The position numbers were made by a program, and so were the translations under genes. Source: Asterias rubens (taxonomy: Eukaryota). Taken from it: 64,000 nt of DNA. The first letter of the stretch is position 1; each line of letters starts with the position of its first letter. This document shows, one piece after another, positions 30,201 to 42,875 of this stretch. Below the pieces are notes generated by a model. The model searched no databases, was not told the origin of the DNA, and worked only from the letters and a program-made list of their open reading frames with translations. The DNA is taken from assembly GCF_902459465.1 (NCBI RefSeq), contig NC_047063.1, forward strand, positions 18,352,001-18,416,000, read 5' to 3'.

Positions 30201-33200
30201 ATTAAAAAAAACAAAACACACATTTTGGGAAATCAACATCTTTGCGTTTTTTCGATGTTATCAATAACATAAAAAAAATTCTCCAAGTTTTGAGTCATAA
30301 AAGGTCATAGTTTCATAAGTACACTAATAAGAGCTAGATAATATTAACAGATTTATAGTTTTTACAGTTTTCACGTACAGCCAATCTTTGCTTTGTCAAA
30401 TTTTACACTCAATACATAACAGTGACAAATATAAAGGCTTAATGGGAGACTTTCTGGGACGATAGAGGGCAGCAGACTTACCGGGTAAATCCATTGTTCT
30501 CAGAATTATGCGCATGTTCAGAACTACGTAAACAATGGAAATTTACCCGGTATGTCTGCTGCCACCTAGCGTTGGAAAGTCTCCTATTGTTTTTGCGTTT
30601 TCAGTAGGATATAAAATATATGACCTAGATAAGTAGATTGTACGACCTAGATTGTACGACCTAGATTGTACGACCTAGATTGTACGACCTAGATTGTACG
30701 ACCTAGATTGTACGACCTAGATTGTTCGACCTAGATTGTACGACCTAGATTGTGCATCCATTCAGACCTCAAATAAAGCTCAATTAAATACAATATTGTA
30801 TGGAAAGTAAATTGTAATAATCATTGTGTTTTTATGATTACAGATGGTGCCCAATTATTCATCCCGTGAGAATTACAATCGCCTCTTTGCTTTAGGTGTT
30901 ACTATGTAAGTTCTTTATATTTTAAGACTTATCTTTCTCAAGTCAAGTCCCTTTTCTAAGGCACAGTATTTTTTGTTAAATGTCAGTAAGTGATAACCAC
31001 AACTTAGGACATTTGTATACGTTTGCTCAGTGGTTCTTTCACTGCCTTCCACTCCTCTTGTGGGTCCCAGTCTGAATCCAAGACTAGAGCCTTGCATGTG
31101 GATTTGGTGTCGGTCCCTATCTGATTGTGTGTGTGTGTGTTTTCCCCAGCTGGGGTTTCCGTCCCACATCTAGAACTGACATTTCATCATCATCTTCTCT
31201 ACTTAGGTTTCTTTAGGCCTCAGGATCACAGTCACTTTGGAGTGTCCCTTGGTTTCAATACAGGCCCCTTCCCTCCTACCCCCTTTTGTCTCCCTATTCA
31301 TTGTTTACCCCTTGTTTTTTCCTGTGCGCTTTCTGACTCTCTCTAATAATTAATTTCCATAATGACTGCTTACGTTACATTTGTTCATGTTTAATGTGTT
31401 GTCATTATATAAGCCTTAAAGAAAGACTCTGCTAGAGGGTCCAAACGTCAGGTCATGAACTATTTTTTGCATAATTTTAAGAAGAATCAAGTAGAATAAT
31501 TTTTAAAACTCTTTGAAGTTGATTAAGTGACTGTTTTAAATCTGTTTTCTGTATTTACTGGTCAGGTATGGACAGATGACTGCTGGTAGCTTCTGTTACA
31601 TTGGTCCTCAAGGCATCGTACATGGAACAACGGTATAAGAATGTTTACTATTTGGTTTTACTAATGACAGCGATGTGTGTACTGTAAAGCACTGTTTATG
31701 CAGCACTTTCCTGAGTCCAGTGAAAAAAACCTCAAAGGCAATACTCGGGTGGGACTCAACCCACCACCTTTGCAATTCTAGAGCAATGTCATACCAACTA
31801 GACTACCAAGGTCGCCGGTAGCTAGAGGCAGTTTGAATCCTATGTTTAAGCTCAATCAACCATTTAAAAACCTGTACTTGCTTTCTCTGTTTTCAAACAT
31901 CAAGTTTTGAACTCGCAGGATGGAAACTACATTTATTTTTTTTTATTGTAAAAAGACTGCAGCATTTCAAGCAAAAATATTTCAAGGGAAGTTTCTTAGC
32001 ATGACCATATACCATGTGAAGTTATGTGTAAATCTGTGAACATTTATATTTTTTAAATTATACCAATAAAGTGCACATTGTAGATCTACCATTAAAATAA
32101 TATATTTCTTCTACTCATGACAGATTACCGTCCTGAATGCTGGTCGCCAGCAGCTGGGTACCAGTGATCTGAGAGGTCGGGTCTTTGTGACCTCTGGCCT
32201 AGGAGGAATGAGTGGCGCTCAAGCTAAAGCTGCAGTTATCTGCGGATGCGTTGGAGTCATTGCTGAGATTAGTAAAGAGGCACTGATGAAGAGATATAAG
32301 CAAGGGTAAGGTCTTAAAGGATTTGGCTACCTTTTCAAAATTTTCATAGATTTACATTAAACTTACAGGGTTTGAAGATAATGATAGTGGAAAGCTTCCC
32401 TTCAAATATTACTTACTGAGGTGCTGTAGTTTTTGAGAAATGAGTAAAACAATGTCATAAAAATACGTTTGTAAATGCTTAAAATAATTTTCGTCTCATG
32501 AGACGAAAACTATTTTTATGACATTGTTTTACTCATCTCCCAAAAACTACAGCACCTCAGCACGTAGTATTTTTAGGGAAGCTTTCTACTATCATTATCT
32601 TCACACTGTGTAAGTTTAGTGTAAGTTTAGTGGACATTGTGTTTTTTGTCCTTCAAAAGTTACATACACCCTTTAAAGGCACTGGACACTATTGGGTATT
32701 ACTCAAAATAATTGTTAGCATAAAAACCTACTTGGTAACGAGCAATGGAGAGCTGTTGGTAGTATAAAACATTGTGAGAAACAGCTCCCTCTGAAGTAAC
32801 GTAGTGGATTGATTGACTGATTAATTGGTTGATTGATTGATGGACTGATGATTGATTTTTTCTTTTACTTTTCAAAACAAAACAGTTTATTCATTTACAA
32901 AATATACAGAATTTACAAAAACATAGAAAACTAGAAAATTAAATTAACTTAGCTGTAACAATATAAGGTCGGTACATCTAAATTAACACTTAAGCAAATA
33001 CATTAGAACAGCATAGTAGACATGGACGAAAAACAAAATTTCAGAATAAATTTAATGTCATCAGTGATCTGGAATATGTTGCAGAGATCCCATTATTGAT
33101 TGATGGATGGATGGCTTGATTGATTGATTGACGAACTTGCTAATTTATTAGTTGACTTAAAATATCTTAATTTTTTGTTTAAGCTGGTTGATGGAGATAA

Positions 33201-36200
33201 CAGATAATCTTGACATCTGCATTGAAAGAATCAAGTAAGTAAAGTCACATTATTTGTTTATATATATTTATTTATTTATTTATTTATTTATGAACACATT
33301 TTTGTTTTAGATAACTGTTAGAATTATACGTATGATATTACACCATTAATTTGCATAATTGTTAAAACTAAATTGCTCCCCAATGTTTGATTCTTGACAG
33401 ACGAGCTAGAAAGGAGAGGACACCCCTCAGCCTGGGCTACAATGGGAACATAGTGGACATTTGGTAGGTATAATTGATTGCTTTAAAACAGGTGCAAATT
33501 GAACGGGGATCGATACGCATCATAACTATTGATGGTTCCTATTTGTTTTCAAGATTATCGGTACCCCAATCACTCATTTGTCACCCTTGTAATGTAAATA
33601 AATTTAATTAAAAATTACTATCACATCACAGAAATCCATAACAAATTTCGGTGTGTATATGTGTATAGGATTTGAGCGATGCATGGTGAGGTATCAATTT
33701 ATTTGGTTTGCGGTAACACCATATATATATATTATTACATATAGGAACTATTTTTACTTCTAAATGTACTTTTTCGGCATGCTTGGCTGTCAGTCCAGTG
33801 AATTAACAAACCAGAATATATACCGTAGCAGAGTAGAATTTTCGGAATCAGGAGACTTCTCAGTCCTGGAAAGGACTGTCTTGCTTATTAACTATACGTG
33901 GGCGGAAGGTGGAAAATCAGCCAGGGGTGGGTTTAACAAAGAGTTAAGACTAGTCTTATCTTGAGTTAGGGTGACTTACTCGGTTTATCTGAGGACTTGC
34001 AATACGCTTTTAATATCTCCTAGGACTATTCCTATGTTAGGACTAGTCCTAACTCTTTGTGAAATCGACCCCAGGACTACGACTTAGATTTAGTGAATCG
34101 AGGGGACCTCTCTTGAACGTCACTAATGTCAATGTTTCGACTAGCTTGCTCTATAGTCATCGTCAGGAGACTGAAGAGTGGGAGAAATGTGGGCCTAAGG
34201 TTATTGTAATAAACCGAGACATCTATATTTCAATATGAAATTATATAGACTCTTCCATTTAAATAAAGGGGGATTTTAATTTGATACTGGGCTATTCTAT
34301 TTTGAAACACAGGGAGCGTGTTGCAGCAGAGTATGACAGTACAGGAGAGTTACTGGTTGATCTAGGATCGGATCAGACCTCTTGCCATAACCCCTACAAT
34401 GGAGGCTACTACCCAGTCCAGCTTAGCTTCGATGATGCCAATGTCATGATGGCTGCAGATCCTGCTAGATTCAAGAACCTGGTCCAGGAAAGGTACCCAT
34501 TCCGCCCCCCCCCCTAAAAAAAAAAAAATAATAATAATAATAAAAAAAATCCCTTTAAACTTACAATAGGAATTGTTAATCAGACATGTTAGTTCAGTAG
34601 GTCAGGATTTTCTGAAAACTTAAAATTTTCCCAACTGAGCCATTCATTTTGTAATTTGTAAGTGACACAGCTTGTGTCGTCAGATTGCATTTACACATAG
34701 TTCTTCATATACAAAAAGAAGAGACATTTTTAGATTTTGAACGCATACACTTTTGTAAGACCTCTTTAATTTTCAAGTAAGAAAAACCACAAGCTAAACT
34801 GACTGGATAAATCTTAAGTATTTTTGGAATGAACAAAGAATGATTGCCAGCACTGAACCAACTGATACATTAGTTTTGTTATTTGTTTTGGACACAGCTT
34901 GCGTCGTCAGATTGCTGCCATCAACAAGCTGTCTGATCGAGGGTTGTATTTCTTTGACTATGGGAATGCCTTCCTGCTAGAGGCCAGTCGAGCAGGTCGG
35001 TTCAAGAGGAATTTTTGTTTTCCTGATTTAAGGTCATCAATTTTGTAGATGTCTTAGTTTTCTTCAGCTGCACTACGCATCTGGAACTCTCTACCACTTT
35101 ATCTTAAATCTTGTCAATTCAAATCTCTTCTCAAAACTTATCTGCTCAAAAATTAAACGGCAGTTTAAGAACTCGTCGCTACCCTTTTATTTCTTTATTA
35201 AATTATGATGATTTTTGTAGATGTCTTAGTTTTCTTCAGCTGCACTACGCATCTGGAACTCTCTACCACTTTATCTTAAATCTTGTCAATTCAAATCTCT
35301 TCTCAAAACTTATCTGCTTAAAAATTAAACGGCATGTGATGATATTATTTTCTTGGTAGGTGCTGATGTGATGAAGGAAGGAGATCAAACTGGGAATCGG
35401 TTCAGATATCCATCATATGTTCAGGATATTATGGGGTAAGAGATAAGCTTTAAATACGCTTAGATCTGTGTTTCTTACTACCCGAGTGAAAGACGGATCT
35501 TCAAAGTTTGAATCAATCTGACTTAGTTTCCTGAGCCCAATTTCATAGAGCTGCTGTAAGCACAAAAATTTGCTTAGCGTGAAATTTCTTCCTTGATTTA
35601 AACAGGATTACCAACCAAGTTTCCATCTGTTGCATATTGCTTGTTCAACTGGTGTTCAGCTGTTGTTTGCTTATCCGGAAAATCACGTGGAAATTTGGTT
35701 GGTTAGCAGCTCTATGAAAGTGGGCCCTGTTCATGTTTGTTGTGTTGTCATTTAGCCTACAAGAAAGACGTCTGCTATGGTCAAAACGTCAGGCCATTAA
35801 AAACAACTATTTTTTGCATTTATACCACAGGTCCTTTTGGACGTTGGTAAGTTGTTTGCAACAGCTAATTCTATTTTCTTAATCTGAATTGCTATGCAAA
35901 GATGTCACAATACAAACCACTATGGTAATACTGACAACTCATCTTGAGATGACTTTTAGTGCTTTGTGAATTTGATTCCTGATTGTTGTCTTTATCTCTA
36001 CAGCGATATATTTTCTCTTGGCTTTGGTCCTTTCCGATGGGTGTGTACATCGACTGACCCAAATGACCTGGCCACAACGGATGACATTGCAACAACTGTC
36101 CTGGAGGACTTCATCAATCAAGGAGGTAGGGAAAGTCTCCCTTTCAAATTATCTTGATCTTAATTCAGTTGGTAATGGGTGACTTTTGGGACGCTAGGTG

Positions 36201-38590
36201 GCAGCAGACTTACCAGGTAAAATCCATTGTTCTTGGTAATGCGCGCATGCTCAGAACTGCATAAACAATGACAGTTCACCTGGTAAGTCTGCTGCCACCT
36301 AGCGTTCCAAAGTCTCCAATTGCAAGACATCATTCTGTAAGCAAGCAAAGTTTTAAAGATTATATTTTATATAGCGCTGGATGTGACATTACATCTACAT
36401 CATAATGCTGTGATTTTTAAGCCTGTTACATTAATAAAAAATTGACCTATTAAAGATCAAATGGCCACTTGTGGTGATAGCAGTGATAAGGAAAACTATG
36501 GCGGGTACAAACTATTTTTATTTCATTTTAGAATTAAAACATCAGTAGGCACTGAGAATGTAAAAACATATCAACTCTTTCTTCGATGCAAGAGTTACAA
36601 ACGTTTAAATTAACTTGTCAAGAATTTCTTGTGACTCAACTTTACAAAAAACAATATTTGTAAAATGTTTTGATTTGACTGGAACTGATTGATGACTTTA
36701 TTTGAATTGTCAAGAATTAGCTTCTGGATTTAGAATGTCTTAGATTTGTGAAAATATGAATTGGTTATAACCTGCATTTCTTGTTTTTGTTTTTCCAGTT
36801 CCCGAGACAACCAAGCAACAATACGAAGACAACATTCGCTGGATAAAGGAAGCTAATAAGCATAAGCTGGTAATATCTACTTCCTATTTACCTCAACCGC
36901 TTGTCATTTGCACCCCTGCTCTCTGATAATGAGAGTTGAATGGCATTTTTTAAAATTAAATAATACCCTACAATAGAATACAAATTGTCTTTATATATCG
37001 TCATTTCATCAATACATGTATCACAGCGGTTTGTGATGATATACAGCAAAAGAAACATGGCAATAATTATACAAAATTGCAAATTAAAATCATAAACAAC
37101 CAAACAATCATTGTCAGAAGAGGTGTGGTTTTAGATGATTCTTGAAAATATGAAGTGAATCAGCAGAGTGCAGAGATTGGGGGAGACTATTCCTAAGTTT
37201 GGGGGAGACTATTCCAAAGTTTAGGGCGACAAAGTTGAAGGTTTTTTTCAGCAGCTGATGCAAGAATTAAGGTTGTGTTTTTTAATTTATGATTGAATTT
37301 TATTTATTATTCTTATTATGAGGAACCTTACTATCTCCTCCCTGGTACCCTAAGGTGGTTGGTTCCCAAGCACGCATCCTCTACTCCGATCAGCGAGGTC
37401 GTATGGCCATCGCAGCCGCTTTTAACCAAGCAGTCAACGATGGCAGGCTACATGGCCCGGTGAACATCAGCAGAGACCATCACGACGTCAGCGGGACAGA
37501 CAGTCCGTTCAGAGAGACTTCAAATATATACGATGGATCTGCCTTTTGTGCAGGTAAAATGGATACATCGTTTAATTGCAACATTGCACAAACTTTGTAT
37601 CTTGATTTTATGCCGTTTCGCACGGAAATGCTCCATCCAAAAATGTTGCATCTCGGCGCAAACTTTTGGGGTTTTTCATCTGGGCTATTTTAAGCGAGAC
37701 ATTATGGTTTTGACAATTTTAAAACTTACGGGTAACATAAGTGCCGTTTTAGAAGACTGTTCCATAGTGCCGAAACACCATGTTAAAACATTTGGCTGTT
37801 GTGTGTATGCCGAACACTACAGATGTGGTATAGACACTGCAACAAATGATAACTGCAGTACAGCTCTGCAGTGTACAAAGGTTGCACATCTAATTCATAT
37901 AAACACTGTTTTTTTTTTATAAAAACATTTTCTGTTTTTTTCCTTGACAGACATGGCAGTCCAGAACGTGATCGGAGATTCATTCCGAGGTGCTACGTGG
38001 GTGGCTCTACACAATGGGGGAGGTGTCGGATGGGGTGAGGTGGTCAACGGAGGCTTTGGTCTGATGCTGGATGGATCAGAGAGGGCTGGAGAGAGAGCGA
38101 AATCCATGCTAGCCTGGGATGTCAGTAATGGGGTAAGTGGGGTGTAGTGTTGGGGTGGGGGTGGATTCTTATAGATTTTTGTGACTTCTGTGATTCCTGT
38201 AAGATTCTTCAAGGGTTTGTTTTCGTCAACGAAAGAATACTTCCACACGTTCCACACCTCTACTGTTTAATTCATGGGGATTTCAAGAGTCTTTCAAACT
38301 AAATAAATATCCTCAAAACGATTTTACAATCTGAAAGTTCTCTACTGGCCAAAAAGGAAATTGCTAGTCCCATTTTTCAGGATTTTTGCTTTTCACTTCC
38401 TTGCAATCTCGCCCTGATTAATACTCTACTTTTTTGTTCTTAAAATCCCAAGGTGGCCCGTCGGAGCTGGTCAGGCAACACTAAAGCCCAGGAGACCATC
38501 TGCAGAGCCATGCAGGGCAATAATAAGCTGAAGGTGACCCTGCCGCACAATGTCCAGTCTGACGTACTGGAGAGAGCCTTCAGAGACTAA
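27203..38590 (+). CDS. UROC1: Urocanate hydratase (urocanase), complete, 18 coding exons, 676 aa
   Basis: Exons 27203-27328, 28378-28508, 29058-29151, 29309-29368, 29897-30025, 30844-30905, 31566-31632, 32124-32305, 33184-33234, 33401-33463, 34313-34492, 34898-34995, 35360-35435, 36004-36125, 36799-36869, 37355-37553, 37951-38132, 38453-38590. All introns are GT-AG and phase-compatible, total 2031 nt. Motifs: LALQNALRYFP, MYGQMTAGSFCYIGPQGIVHGT, VFVTSGLGGMSGAQAKA, DLGSDQTSCHNP, SRDHHDVSGTDSPFRETSNIYDGS, WVALHNGGGVGWGEVVNGGFG. Confidence 0.98.
30444..30584. mobile_element. Palindromic MITE (family K) with CTCF-like motifs in its TIRs, UROC1 intron 5
   Basis: TIR gggagacttt...gatagagggcagcagactta / tatgtctgctgccacctagcg...aaagtctcc; second copy at 36177-36317. 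Confidence 0.8.
30634..30753 (+). repeat. 14-bp minisatellite (TAGATTGTACGACC) x8.5 in UROC1 intron 5
   Basis: Eight full units, one with a single A>T change, and no spacers. Confidence 0.95.
32314..32676. mobile_element. MITE family C inserted 8 nt downstream of the UROC1 exon 8 donor
   Basis: GG|gtaaggtc then ttaaaggatttggctacc...tacatacaccctttaa. Confidence 0.85.
32673..32805 (+). mobile_element. MITE family A, left part, sharing a TTAA with the preceding family C element
   Basis: ttaaaggcactggacactattggg...ctgaagtaacgtagt, then breaks into (gatt)n. Confidence 0.75.
33922..34074. mobile_element. CWG-flanked MITE family E (Harbinger-like), rich in ttaggac/gtcctaa; other copies at about 8421-8570, 19277-19420, 55302-55480, 55478-55583, 57091-57250
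   Basis: cag|gggtgg...gaaatcgaccc|cag, 3-bp CWG flanks and G-rich TIR ends. Confidence 0.75.
35041..35332 (+). repeat. About 120-bp direct duplication in UROC1 intron 12
   Basis: ttttgtagatgtcttag...aaaaattaaacggca at about 35041 and 35213, one mismatch. Confidence 0.9.
36177..36317. mobile_element. Palindromic MITE (family K), UROC1 intron 14
   Basis: gggtgacttttgggacgctaggtggcagcagacttacc...ggtaagtctgctgccacctagcgttccaaagtctcc. Confidence 0.8.
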
Positions 38591-38732
38591 ACCAGACTGA
38601 CACAATCTCCTCTACATCCATCCCTCTACATTAGCATCAAAACTAGGGCAACATTTCAGGGGGGCACAAGGGGGAGTGGGGAGGCACCATTTTTCTTTGG
38701 GGGCCCCTTTCGGCAATTAAAACTGTAGTTTC

Positions 38733-38930
38733 CGTACACTGGACACTATTACTCAAAATAATGATTTGCATAAAAACTGACTTGGTGATGAACAATGGAG
38801 AGTTGTTGATAGTATAAAACATTGTGAGAAACGGCTCCCTCTGAAGTACAGTGTAACCTAGTTTTTGAGAAAAAGGTAATCACTCAAATCATAAAAAACA
38901 TCAGGTCTGAAGCCTTTTATTATGTGCCTC
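38733..38930 (+). mobile_element. MITE family A-related fragment about 140 bp after the UROC1 stop
   Basis: cactggacactattactcaaaataat...cattgtgagaaacggctccctctgaag. Confidence 0.7.
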
Positions 38931-39919
38931 CTTCACGTTAGGCCACTAATTAACATCCACCCCTAGATTGAGGCCTCTAAAGTGCCACTTTATTTTATTT
39001 AGAGCAGAAAATGGGGGTTATATTGGGGAAAACAACTGTTGTTCTTAATTGGGGATGGGGAGAGGATGTCTTTGTATTCACCAATAAGAATATTCAATTT
39101 TTTTCTTTATTTCATATTATTTATGATTGGACCTTACTTAGGGCGGTCTGATTGGTGTGTATTGGTTATCTTTCCTTGTCTTCCACCTCTAGAACCCCGC
39201 TTCAAATCCCACGGGGGGCACCATGTGGATTGGGTTTTCAGATTAAAGGTTTTTAATTTTCAGGTAGCCACTAGTCTCTTCCTTTGACCAATAGTCTATG
39301 TGGTGATAGGTACATGTAAATGTATTTAAAGGATAAAACTGTGCCGGCTTAGTATTATATAGTTTCTGAAATTCAACAGTTTGGTTTGGGACGGATGCCA
39401 TTATTTGAATCGTTCTAACGTTGGTGATAATGAAATTTAATGGTTTGCTCAGTAGTTTTACTTTATATCCTGCACTGAAATAAGAAATGTATAAAACACA
39501 AATAGAGGTAGAGATATTCTGGGTTTAGTTCATGGAGTGTGACTTCATTTTTTTATTGACTTTTTCAAGAGTTAAAACTAACAATAATGTCTGTTTAAAA
39601 AACAATGTTATGTCAGAACGGCAAAGTCTAGCTGCATATCTCTTGGTTACTTTTTCAGATTTTCAATCAAAGCCTGTTATGTTACTTTATTGATTCTTTC
39701 TCACAAGCTGTAAATTCTTCCGATATAAAGTAACTATGGAAGGAAAGCACTGCCTTAAATTCACAGACTCTGGAGTCTTGGGTTCAAATCCCAACCAAGC
39801 AGCCTGTGGATTTTGTTTCTGCAGGCAGGATTTGGAACACTTGAGTTTGAAATAGGGACAAATACGGTTCTTCTGCATCCCTAATCCAACAAAGTCATTA
39901 CAGAGTAGGACGAGCTGCT

Positions 39920-40299
39920 GCAGTGGACACTATTGGTAATTACTCAAAATAATTATTAGCATAAAACTTTACTTGGTAATGAGTAATGGGGAAAGGTTGG
40001 GGGTATAAAACATTGTGAGAAACGGCTCCCTCTGAAGTGACATAGTTTTCGAGAAAGAAGTATTTTTCCACGAATTTGATTTCGAGACCTCAAGTTTAGA
40101 GTTTGAGGTCATGAAATCAACCATCTAAAAGCACACAACTTCGTGTGACAAGGGTGTTTTTTCTTTCATTATTATCTCGCACTCTTCGACGACCGATTGA
40201 GCTCAAATTTTCACAGGTTTGTTATTTTATGTATATGTTGAGATACACCAAGTGAGAAGACTGGTCTTTGACAATTACCAATAGTGCCCAGGTCTTTAA
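39920..40299 (+). mobile_element. MITE family A, near full length
   Basis: gcagtggacactattggtaatt...aattaccaatagtgcccaggtctttaa, with an internal gagacctc/gaggtc hairpin. Confidence 0.85.
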
Positions 40300-41870
40300 T
40301 GCAATATGTGGTGTCGAAATGGCTGATCATTTTTGATATAGATTTGAATAGCGCAATACCCAGAGTTATTTAGAACAGGGTGTTATATTGGCCGTGCAAA
40401 ATAGGTTTATATCACCTTTTGTCGCTAGTGAGTTGACCAAACAGAACCTTAGATTCCTATTTGCTTGAAGAAACACAGTGCTTACAAAAAACAGGGTTTC
40501 GGTTAAAATTGATTTTGTGAAAATCTCTTTAGACTTTCACAGATGTATGTTTCAGGTTCTTGTGTTTGGTGTAATTGTAGGAGATTAAAAATCTATTTTA
40601 CGAGTCAATGACGAGTTGCCTGATTTTCCTTATTTATCTGTTGTCAAGAAATGTTTAAGGTAAACAATAGAGATATATAAAATGGCATCATGTTTATCTC
40701 CTATTGTTTTAGACAACAACAAACTCTTTTTCTGGAAAATTGTAAATGTTGAAGATACAGGGGGTAGGTGAGATAAGAGAGAAATGGGGTTTGGGGGGGG
40801 GGGAAAGTAAAGGTTTCACAGAAAAAAACAAAAACACTTTGCCAGAGGTCGATTACCGAGAGGAAGCATTTGTGGGTAGGGGAGGGGTGTGGGATCAGAG
40901 AGAAATGGGGGGGGGGGTGTTAAAGTAAATACCGTTAGTGATCATTGATATGAATTTTAAAAACTTTGTTTTCTTCTCTGCAAGAAGGGGTGGACATTTC
41001 CAGGAATTAAAGGCCAATTTCTTTTAACAAATTTATCACAAAATTTCAAATGACACAAATTTTTATTACATTTCCACCATTTTATTCAAACACTCTTTTC
41101 AAACCATTCCACACTCTGAAACAATAAACAAATTGAATGGGTTATTTTTTTTTTACTGATTAATGCGTTAATTCTTTAATAATTTTTTTCCCAAAACACG
41201 CCAAGACCACTACATTATTAACTGTTTTACAGTTAATATTATAATTCTAAATTAAACATTTCCTTTGTTCAAAAACACGCAAAAATCCACTACAAATACA
41301 AACTTGGATTTGTAGTGGATTTTACAGTTAGTGGTGGAGCTTTACAGTTAATATCATAATTCTAAATTAAACATTTTAACGGCAAAAGCTTAAACAACAA
41401 CAATTCACTAAAATTTTTGCAAAAAAAAACACAATATTTTTTTCTCTCTCTCAAATAAGTTCTTTAGATTGCCCTTCCAGCACAATTTTTTATTTGGTCA
41501 ACTAGTGTAACAATGAGAAAACAATATTACGCAATATCAGTTTATTAATTTTGACATTTTAAAAAGCTTTATTTCTATGGGTTTCCTACACCACTTCCAT
41601 GAATAAAAAGGTATAACAAAACTAAGGAAAAAAAAGAAAAAAATACAGCACAAAAAAACAACAACTGGGAAACCAAGAAGACACCTTCAAGGAAGTTAAA
41701 TACGCTTTGAAAAATATAGGAGAAATATAAAGTGTTTTTTTTACATAAAAAATATAGAGGATTACAGATTGCAAAAAAATAAAAACTACTCCATAAAACC
41801 GAGTATCGCAAGACTATGGTATTGTTGAAAGTTACAACAAACAATGCACTTATTCATTTTGGTTTTACCC

Positions 41871-42075
41871 ATACACCGATGTGTGCTAGCACTGTATACT
41901 CAGTACTTTCTCGAGTTCTACTAAAAAAAAATCACAGGCATATTACTCGAGTGGGATTCGAATTTACAAGCTTTAACATTCTAGAGCAGATGTCTTACCA
42001 ACTAGACCACCGAGACTGCTTGGTAGCTAGGCAGTTTGAATCCTTTATTTTAGCAGAGGGTACCACATTTATGAA
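41871..42075 (-). mobile_element. tRNA-derived SINE-like family; other copies at about 29463-29560, 31677-31850, 51848-51935
   Basis: The minus strand reads ggtggtctagttggtaagaca...gttaaagcttgtaaattcgaatcccac (A-box and B-box-like), followed by a shared non-tRNA body. Confidence 0.7.
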
Positions 42076-42271
42076 TCAATGCACTTATTTCAGATAATTT
42101 AACACCAGAACAAAAAGGAGTGTCCTTGTTTGCCCAAAATGATCAGTGTTAAGAAAAATAACACAATTTCAGTAAAAAAAAAAAGAAGAAAAAAAATAAC
42201 AATGAAAAAGTTTCAGGCAATCCCACCTTGCTGTTTTCTAAATTGTTTGTTTCGGATGCACTGCTGTTGTG

Positions 42272-42570
42272 TGTCGCGGCTGAGTGGTTAAAGAGCACCG
42301 GACTCAAGCTCTAGTATTTCTGATCAGCAGAGTGTGGGTTTGAGTCCCTGTGGCACTTGTGTCCTTAGGCAAGATACTTTACCATTATTGCTTTGTCTTT
42401 CAAATGGGACATTAAGCCAAAGGGGCCGCTATACTAGGAAGGATTGGTAGTACATTTAAAAGAACCAATAATACTTATCAAGGAATAGCAGGGGTTTAAC
42501 CCCAGTGTTTCTGGTTCCCGTAGCAAGCGCCCTTGTTTACAGGTCTCCCCGGGTTTGCAAGCTATAGTGC
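42272..42570 (+). mobile_element. tRNA-headed SINE with a conserved-core-like body
   Basis: gtcgcggctgagtggttaaagagcaccggactcaagctctag...gtgggtttgagtccc, then cttgtgtccttaggcaagatacttt. Confidence 0.65.
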
Positions 42571-42875
42571 TTAAAGGCAGTGAACACTATTTTTAATTAC
42601 TCAAAATAATTATCGGCATAAAAACTCATTTGGTAACAAGTAATGGGGAGAGGTTGATAGTTTAAAACATTGTGAGAAACGGCTCCCTCTGAAGTAACGT
42701 AGTTTCCGTGAAAGAAGTAATTTTCAGTGAATTTGATTTCTAGACCTCGAGTTTAGAATTTGAGGTCTCGAAATCAAGCATCTGAAAGCACACAACTTTG
42801 TGTGATAAGGGTGTTTTTTCTTTCATTATTATTTCGCAACTTTGACGACCAATTGAACTCAAGTTTTCACAGGTT
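42571..42875 (+). mobile_element. MITE family A, right end truncated at the HAL 3' UTR
   Basis: Begins ttaaaggcagtgaacactatt and stops at ttttcacaggtt, 16 nt from the HAL stop codon. About 80 bp including the right TIR are missing compared with 39920-40299. Confidence 0.85.

Noticed and set aside
30634-30753. CRISPR-like array
   Set aside because: The 14-bp units are contiguous with no spacers, there are no cas genes, and the context is a eukaryotic intron.
40760-40920. G-rich tract between UROC1 and HAL as a functional G-quadruplex or overlapping-UTR signal
   Set aside because: It is mostly homopolymer G runs with a short direct repeat. An ATTAAA at 38716-38721 could end UROC1 well before it, so UTR overlap is unsupported.
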